Translations under genes and position numbers: made by a program
Notes under the pieces: generated by a model
Seen by the model: the letters and a program-made list of their open reading frames with translations, nothing else
What the model was told of the DNA's origin: nothing
Databases searched by the model: none
Part shown: positions 56,468 to 64,000 of the stretch, in pieces
How the letters are laid out: the number at the start of each line of letters is the position of its first letter
Position numbering within the stretch: the stretch's first letter is position 1
Source of the DNA: Eledone cirrhosa
Lineage: Eukaryota
Direction: 5' to 3'
Length of the DNA stretch: 64,000 nucleotides
Assembly (NCBI GenBank): GCA_964016885.1
Contig: OZ024744.1
Coordinates: forward strand, 62,310,001-62,374,000

Positions 56468-57078
56468 ATGGTGGCTACCAACTCGTTTTCGAGTACGGCC
56501 ACTACTTTATAACCATGTAGGAGAATGCCTACCGATGCGCTGAACGAGTGTGACTTTTTAGTCCAGCCAGCGACTTGAAAACTCTGGTACAAATGCTACA
56601 CTTGTGACAATTATTGACACATAGTGCTGGGCCCATGGTACCATGTGACGACAAGTGCAGAGAGATCTCCAGATATAAAGCAATGCCTGTGCCGTGAAGC
56701 TTTTATAGTGGGCAAAGGCACTGCACAAAGCCAGTCCCACTCTCTTAACCAAGATGATATTTACCAAAAAGAAGAACAAGTCAACATCATTGGATACCAT
56801 CAGGGTTGTAGGTGTTATATCAGAGTTTTCCTTCTCCTAGAATTCTGCCTTGACAAAGGCTAAGGGGTCATCTCACCCAGTGATTTTGGATGGCCATTGA
56901 CTCTTAAGAGCTCCTTTGCCCTTTGACAGGTTTTGTTTTTAGTCCTGCAGGATGTCCAAAGTCACCTTCCTCACCAAGAAACCTTGGTGGGGTTGCCAGT
57001 TTAGTCGCCAACGACCCGACCATGGGACAGGTTGTACTGGAATACATGTTAGCAGTAGCACCAAGTGGTGACCTGACA
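56468..57078 (-). mobile_element. family B RTE-derived element, full length
   Basis: Same-orientation tandem copy, separated from the previous one only by microsatellite. Confidence 0.8.
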
Positions 57079-57298
57079 TATATATACATACATATATACA
57101 TACATATATATATATATATATACATACACATATACATACATATATATATATATACATATATACATACACACATACATATATATATATATACATATATACA
57201 TACACATATACATACATATATATATATTCACATATACATACACACATACATACATATATACATACATACATACATACATACATACATACATACATACA

Positions 57299-57334
<36 letters not shown>

Positions 57335-57653
57335 CATACATATACATACATATATATATATACATACATACATACATATATACATACATACATACATATA
57401 TACATACATACATACATACATACATACATACACACATACATACACACATACACACATACATACATATATACATACATGCATACACATATACATACATATA
57501 CATATACATACATATATATATATACATACATATATATATACATACATATATATATACATATATATATATATAAATATATACATACATATATATACATACA
57601 TACACACATACATATATACATACATATATATACACATACACATATACATACAA

Positions 57654-57684
<31 letters not shown>

Positions 57685-57724
57685 CACATACATACATATA
57701 TATACATACATACATATACATACA

Positions 57725-57758
<34 letters not shown>

Positions 57759-57920
57759 CATACATACACATATACATATACATACATATATATACATACA
57801 TATACATATATACATACATACATACATATACATACATATACATATATACATACACATATATATATACATACATATACATATACATACATATATATATATA
57901 TACATACATACATATATATA

Positions 57921-58197
57921 TGATGATGATGGCTGCCCCCTCGTTATCGAGTATGGCCATTGCACGATATAACATTATTAATAATTATTAATCAATTCTA
58001 TCGTGCAATGCCTGTGTGTGAAGATTCTTTTTAAAGTGAGGAAAGGCTGTGCACTGAGCCAATCCCACTCTCTGAGCGACAGTAGCTATAACCCGAAAAG
58101 AAGAAAAGATCAACATCATCGGTAACTACTGAGCCTTTGTCAGGGCATTCTTCCAGGAGAAGGCAACTCAGGAAACTGGGATAACTCCGATATAAAC
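57921..58197 (-). mobile_element. related bipartite RTE-derived element (family B') with a 5' inversion
   Basis: 3' stem-loop GGC-CATA-CTCG-ATAA-CGAG...GCC plus (ATC)n. 58005-58125 is collinear with family B, while 58131-58197 (AGCCTTTGTC...AGGAGAAGG...GATATAA) is in the opposite orientation. Confidence 0.6.
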
Positions 58198-58593
58198 ATA
58201 TATATATACATATATATATATACACATACACATATATATATACATACATACATACATACATACATACATACATACGTACATATATACATACATACATATA
58301 CATACATACATACATACATACATACATACATACATACATACATACATACATACATACATACATACACATATATATATGTTTGTGGACTTTAAACAGTGAT
58401 GATGTATGTACAAGTGTGCTTATATATATACATATATATTTATAAGAATTAAAATACTAGAGTGCGTTGGAGTAAAACACACTCGTCGTATTATAGAAAT
58501 AACAGTATAGGATATAGCTCAATGTAATACAACAGAGCCGAAAAATTATAAAAATAGACAAAGAAGCCTTCAATACATCAAAAGTCTTTATTA

Positions 58594-58634
58594 GCCTACA
58601 ATGTTTCGTCCCATTAATAAGGACTCATCAGGGC
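58594..58634 (-). ncRNA. minimal type I hammerhead ribozyme
   Basis: GCC-CUGAUGA-GUCC(UUAUUAAUG)GGAC-GAAAC-AUU-GUA-GGC. Predicted cut between 58597 and 58596. Confidence 0.75.
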
Positions 58635-58717
58635 AATTAAACAGATAAGAAGCATTAACGGCCAGAACAAGCCAAAACTCAGAAGAATAGGGAATTCATA
58701 TCCATGAAAGCTTATGA

Positions 58718-60274
58718 GAGATATGAAGGAAAAGCATGCTAAAGCTAAAAGTTTGCAGTTACAAAAATAGATTATAGGGCAAGAAAGTGAGTAAAATGTC
58801 AAACCAACGTTGAAATTACAGTATAATACAAATACATTAAATACAACATGGTAATATAATATGAGAATTACAATACAATATAATGGGTAATAAGAACTAT
58901 AAAGCTTAATATATGTATATATATATATATATATATCCATATATATACACATTTACACAAACACATACTAACACTTAATAAGTATAAATATACTCTTTAT
59001 AATATAAAAATCACCCTGACGGTGCGCATAAACTATACAAAAAATAAGCTATACAAGAAATACTATAATAATATACTGACATCAAAAATATACAAAACTA
59101 CATCATACATATCACTTAATGTCAACAAGTTGTATATAAAGTTTTACACAGGGCAAGAAAAAATATCATAATAAAACTAGAGTATGTTGAAAAATATATA
59201 TATATACATAAATACATAAATACATAAAGTATTGATAATAAGTATATAGGGGTATATACAGTTTACATTCATAAAATATTACAAAATATTATAAAATATA
59301 ACGAAACAGTACCTTAAAAATCAGACATAAAATAATACGTATAATTCCATTACATAGAAATAATATGATATATAAATGTTAATATTATAATTGTTTCTAC
59401 TTTTGGCACAAGGCCAGTAATTATCCCAGTGCATTACTGGTACTTTATTTTATCGACCCCGTAAGGATGAAAGGCAAAGTTAACCTCGGCGGGATTTGAA
59501 CTCAGATCATAAAGGGGCGTAACTCTATACGTGAAAGCATGGCGTCCGACCCTCTACCGATACTGCCAATCGACCAATATATTTATATAATATATAATAT
59601 ATTATTTATCATTATAATATTAACATTTATATATCATATTATTTCTATGTAATGGAATTATACGTATTATTTTATGTCTGATTTTTAAGGTACTGTTTTG
59701 TTATATTTTATAATATTTTGTAATATTTTATGAATGTAAACTGTATATACCCCTATATACTTATTATCAATACTTTATGTATTTATGTATTTATGTATAT
59801 ATATATATTTTTCAACAGACTCTAGTTTTATTATGATATTTTTTCTTGCCCTGTGTAAAACTTTATATACAACTTGTTGACATTAAGTGATATGTATGAT
59901 GTAGTTTTGTATATTTTTGATGTCAGTATATTATTATAGTATTTCTTGTATAGCTTATTTTTTGTATAGTTTATGCGCACCGTCTGGGTGATTTTTATAT
60001 TATAAAGAGTATATTTATACTTATTAAGTGTTAGTATGTGTTTGTGTAAATGTGTATATATATGGATATATATATACATATATTAAGCTTTATACTTCTT
60101 ATTACCCATTATATTGTATTGTAATTCTCATATTATATTACCATGTTGTATTTAATGTATTTGTATTATACTGTAATTTCAACGTTGGTTTGACATTTTA
60201 CTCACTTTCTTGCCCTATAATCTATTTTTGTAACTGCAAACTTTTAGCTTTAGCATGCTTTTCCTTCATATCTC
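58718..60274. repeat. large inverted repeat: arms 58718-59391 and 59611-60274, with a SINE in the spacer
   Basis: The arms are reverse-complementary apart from a handful of substitutions and TA-length differences. The same spurious peptide appears in ORFs 58614-58952(-) and 60028-60303(+). Confidence 0.95.
59392..59574 (-). mobile_element. SINE family A
   Basis: The reverse complement matches 53092-53275. Confidence 0.85.
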
Positions 60275-60308
60275 ATTCCTCTCAGCTAGGTAGCTTATGG
60301 TAAATATT

Positions 60309-62918
60309 CTATACTTCAGTCGGTCTATATTTCTTATGCCCATCAATACCATAGCCACAACGGGTATCTGTATCAGTCCACTCACTGTTACCATGATTTT
60401 GGCTAGGTGGGCTGTGCCGTTTCTTGCCATTGCCAGGATTTCCACGTTTTACCATCTCTACTTCATCAAAAACCATTCTGCAGCCTCCTGTAGGTGTATG
60501 TACAACATTACCCTTAAACAGTTTAGTTTGTATTTCTCCATCTGATCCTAACTCTTGGTGGTTAAGGCAATACTTGGATACCTCTTTAGTGTCTTTCACA
60601 GTCAATTTAGTCACTGATCGTTTCTTCTTCAGCTTCGGTTGCATGACAGTGGCAAGTTGTTCATGGTCTCGGCCCCTGTGTTCCAACCATGTTTCAGCAT
60701 TAGAGGAAGACTTTGATCGTCTATGACGTGGGTTTGGTGGTGGTGGTGCAGGCCCTTTTTTGGAAGATGAAGAACTAATTTGGTTTAAATCATGGAGGGA
60801 ACGTGCAGCAGCTAGCCTTGTTATAGGTTTCCGTGGAACTGGATCAGGTCTGGGAGCAGTGTAGGGAGCTGGTGTAGTGAATGTTCTTAATTTTTTGACT
60901 GGCTTTGGAGTAACTGATGGTGTGGTGCTAGAACTAGATTCCGAATGTTCATTCACAAGGCTTTTTAAAATATGTAGTTTATGATTCTTTTGTTTATGTG
61001 CCCGGCACTCGTCTTCCAGTCTCTGTCGCTCATATTCCTGTTGTTCAAATTTTTGTTGATTCAGCTGCATTTGCATTTCATAATCGCTCTTTAGTTGTGA
61101 CTTTTCATTTCTAGCTGCCCTAATCAATGAATTCTTCTCTTGTAACTGTCGTTCAGCACTTTCTAATTTTGAAGTTGTTGCTCTCAGTTGTTGCTGAAGT
61201 TCCTGCACATCTTTGTTGATATTCAGTTTGTCTTTCTTTAAATTGGAGTTTTCTTTGCGGAGACGATACACTTCTTTTTCAAGGACTGGGATGAAGGTAT
61301 ACTCTTTTTCCACTTTTAGCAAAAGTGAACGGAAATCATCCCAGTTTTGTCTGGCCATTTCAATATATTTTTGCCTTTTTTCTAGCCGAATGCCCAAATA
61401 TCTCTGTAGTTCTTTCAATGGTGAATTATCAGAGGGATGGACCAACTCAATGCTTGGAAAAGAGGGTCCTAAGTCATACAGTGGAACAGACGATGTGGTA
61501 GAAGGGACACTACTCGTAGCATCTGAACCAGATTCGCTATTAAATTCCTCAAGATTTGGATAGAGTCTACCATTGGGCGGCTGTGGTACTTCCTGAAAAC
61601 GACCTTCTACTCTTTGAATAGTTACTTCTTGAGTGATTTCAGCAAATTTCATAACATGCAAAGTTTCTCCAATTTCATTAGCAGCTGGATTAACACAAAC
61701 TATCATTCTGATCTTGCCATCACCTTCTAAATAGCTCTTGAAGAGGTGAGTTAGTTTGGAATCACGATATGGTACCATCCTATTGGATCCTAATTTCTGA
61801 TTTTCACGGAGAATATCAATACAGTTTCGTAGCGTCATAAGAGTGTTGTTGATTTTGCATGCTTCTCGGAGATGTTCACCGACATTCTTGGTGCGTTCAG
61901 TACGTTCACTACCAGCCAAATCAACCAAAGACAGCTGCCCAACACAAATTGAGTTTGCTTCTTGAATCACTTCATCTCCTCTATCGTCTAATGGGCTTTG
62001 TACAAGACGAATATTGAAAACACTGTGACTACGACTAGAAGATTCATTTAAAGCAGTTCGAGCAACTCTCCGCCGATTTTGACCTTTGTAGATAACATTG
62101 AAAGCTTCATCAGGACTTTTCACTTCAACTTCTTTACAACCATGAATATACATCATCTTGTTATTATCTTCTCGAATTATTTTAGCTTGCTGGGCCTTGT
62201 AGCCAACAATAGGATCAGAGGTCAGCTCTTCCAACAAATCATACACTGCATTATTATAAACTTCAACATAGGATACAAACACAGCATACAAAATCTGGTT
62301 GTTGACACCTTCAACTTTTGTTTTATCTCGTAGACGTGGGTTTTGCAAGAACTCAGATCTGTCTTTTTTAGGAGTCTTTGGACAATCAGAACGAGAGGGC
62401 ATGATATCATCTTGGAGTTTTGCCATTGCATCAGCTTCACTTTGAACTGTAAAACCATTCTGGTAGTCAGGCTGGAAAACATATTTTTTTGCCTGATGAT
62501 GATCAATTGTGTTGAAGATGACATCAAGACATCTTGGTAATAAACCTTGATCTTTTGGACTACCAGTCATGGTGTAGGTCTTACCAGACCCAGTCACACC
62601 ATAAGTGAACAGAAGAGTATTACGACCAGCAATAAGATCTTCAACAAGAGGCAAAGCAACCACATCAAACACCTCTTTCTGTGATGAACATTCATTAAAG
62701 ACTTGCTGGAGTGTGTATAAGAATTCTCTTGGCTGTGTATGTCGGGTTCCATCAACAGGTTGTGTCAGCCGTATCTGGTTATCACATACACTTTCCAGAC
62801 ATACACTAGTGGGGTCATCAGCTGGTTTAATACGACAGTAGACCTCCACAGGTTCTGTAACAGATATTCCAGTAAATGGAAATTTCTTCTTTGGGGTTTT
62901 CCCCCTCTGTCCTTTCAT
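60309..62918 (-). CDS. KIF23: kinesin-6 family motor KIF23/MKLP1/pavarotti (centralspindlin subunit), 869 aa, single exon
   Basis: ATG at 62918 (MKGQRGKTPKK). P-loop YGVTGSGKT, switch I NESSSRSH, switch II DLAGSE, VPYRDSKLT, long kinesin-6 loop-6 insert, coiled coil, RRSKS motif and MKLP1-type tail WLEH...HQE..SDGEIQTKL.KGNV..T.TGG. Confidence 0.93.
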   Translation of the reverse strand: MKGQRGKTPKKKFPFTGISVTEPVEVYCRIKPADDPTSVCLESVCDNQIRLTQPVDGTRHTQPREFLYTLQQVFNECSSQKEVFDVVALPLVEDLIAGRNTLLFTYGVTGSGKTYTMTGSPKDQGLLPRCLDVIFNTIDHHQAKKYVFQPDYQNGFTVQSEADAMAKLQDDIMPSRSDCPKTPKKDRSEFLQNPRLRDKTKVEGVNNQILYAVFVSYVEVYNNAVYDLLEELTSDPIVGYKAQQAKIIREDNNKMMYIHGCKEVEVKSPDEAFNVIYKGQNRRRVARTALNESSSRSHSVFNIRLVQSPLDDRGDEVIQEANSICVGQLSLVDLAGSERTERTKNVGEHLREACKINNTLMTLRNCIDILRENQKLGSNRMVPYRDSKLTHLFKSYLEGDGKIRMIVCVNPAANEIGETLHVMKFAEITQEVTIQRVEGRFQEVPQPPNGRLYPNLEEFNSESGSDATSSVPSTTSSVPLYDLGPSFPSIELVHPSDNSPLKELQRYLGIRLEKRQKYIEMARQNWDDFRSLLLKVEKEYTFIPVLEKEVYRLRKENSNLKKDKLNINKDVQELQQQLRATTSKLESAERQLQEKNSLIRAARNEKSQLKSDYEMQMQLNQQKFEQQEYERQRLEDECRAHKQKNHKLHILKSLVNEHSESSSSTTPSVTPKPVKKLRTFTTPAPYTAPRPDPVPRKPITRLAAARSLHDLNQISSSSSKKGPAPPPPNPRHRRSKSSSNAETWLEHRGRDHEQLATVMQPKLKKKRSVTKLTVKDTKEVSKYCLNHQELGSDGEIQTKLFKGNVVHTPTGGCRMVFDEVEMVKRGNPGNGKKRHSPPSQNHGNSEWTDTDTRCGYGIDGHKKYRPTEV

Positions 62919-62989
62919 ATTGACGATAAAATCAGCCGACTCTGAAACAACGCTGAAATTAGTGTATAGATACACAGTTTATCAAAATT

Positions 62990-63030
62990 AAATTGACCGC
63001 CAACTAATCGTTCGCCATTTAAATTAACAA
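62990..63030 (-). promoter_or_regulatory. possible compact cell-cycle promoter (E2F-like TTGGCGG, CHR-like TTTAAA, AAATGGCG)
   Basis: Motifs at 62997-63003 and 63013-63023, about 80-105 bp upstream of the ATG. They are short and could occur by chance. Confidence 0.3.
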
Positions 63031-63032
63031 TT

Positions 63033-63064
<32 letters not shown>

Positions 63065-63097
63065 CATACATACATACATACATACATACATACATAC

Positions 63098-63211
63098 ATG
63101 GTGGCTGCCAAATCGTTTTCGAGTACGGCCACTACTTTATATCCATGTAGGAGAACCCCTACCGATGCGCTGAACGAGTGTGACATTTTAGTCCAGCCAG
63201 CGACTTGAAAA
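63098..63211 (-). mobile_element. family B 3' fragment in (TACA)n, with a family B' tail at 63281-63325
   Basis: Matches 55196-55308. Confidence 0.75.
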
Positions 63212-63375
63212 CATACATACATACATACATACATACATACATACATACATACATACATACATACATACATACATACATACATGATGGCTGTCCCCTCGTT
63301 ATTGAGTATGGCCATTGCACGAGGAGAAAAAAAATTAATAAATAAATAAAAAATAAAATAAAAATAAAAATAAAG

Positions 63376-63436
<61 letters not shown>

Positions 63437-63609
63437 TATACAGATATACACACACATACATATACACACACACATATACATTAATAACAATAATAATAAT
63501 AATAACAACAATAATAATAACGACAACAGCAATAATAATATACATATACATATATATATACACATACACGCACACACATAAACATATCTATACACACACA
63601 CACACACAC

Positions 63610-64000
63610 GATAGCAACTAACAGAGCTGCGATCGAATGTGGCTTTTTAGCCCAGCCAATGATCTAAAATGTCTTGCAGAGTCGGCAACCAAAACATTCA
63701 CTGGGAATAGCCGGCTGTGGTTGGAGTTCGTGTACTTTTGCATGTTGCTTGAGCCCTCCTACATTCTCTACCACATGTTTGGTAAGCATGATGAGTAGCA
63801 TCTCCAACAGCAGCCTGGTAGTCAACCACTGGTCTTACTTTATGACTGCGAAGATGACTTTCGAGTCCAGCTTTGCTTAGGCAGAGTCTCGCACAGACGT
63901 TGCATGTCAGCACCATAGGAGGACCCTCGCCGTCTGGAAGTGCAACAGCAATGCCCTTCCTCACATCCCGCTTTACTTTCTCGTATGCGATTCGAGATGC
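63610..64000 (-). mobile_element. 3' end of an RTE/BovB-type LINE with C-terminal C2H2 fingers (runs off the window)
   Basis: LTCNVCARLCLSKAGLESHLRSH followed by QTCGRECR. Confidence 0.6.

Noticed and set aside
62919-62975. N-terminal extension MYLYTNF... of KIF23
   Set aside because: It begins at a non-ATG codon. The first ATG is at 62918.

Overview
Eukaryotic, very repeat-rich animal DNA. The (TA/TACA)n load and the SINE/RTE families suggest an octopus or other coleoid mollusc, which is an inference. There is one convincing protein-coding gene: an intronless kinesin-6 of the KIF23/MKLP1/pavarotti type at 60309-62918 (-). Most long ORFs in the track are microsatellite artefacts. The rest of the window holds 5'-truncated RTE LINEs (several with a PHD-like finger inside the RT region), two decayed Penelope-like elements (PLEs), tRNA-derived SINEs, an RTE-derived bipartite non-autonomous element embedded in (TACA)n, non-autonomous Helitrons, two hAT MITEs with 8-bp TSDs, minisatellites, a 3.4-kb almost pure A/T tract and a 200-N gap. 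The most interesting signal is a set of type I hammerhead-ribozyme motifs sitting in small fold-back insertions within (TA)n. Two of them carry the compensatory U3-A8 core variant, and three related ones show stem-II covariation. One hammerhead lies in sense orientation just past a ~665-bp inverted repeat that starts 35 nt after the KIF23 stop codon. All RNA structures were paired by eye and none was folded computationally.
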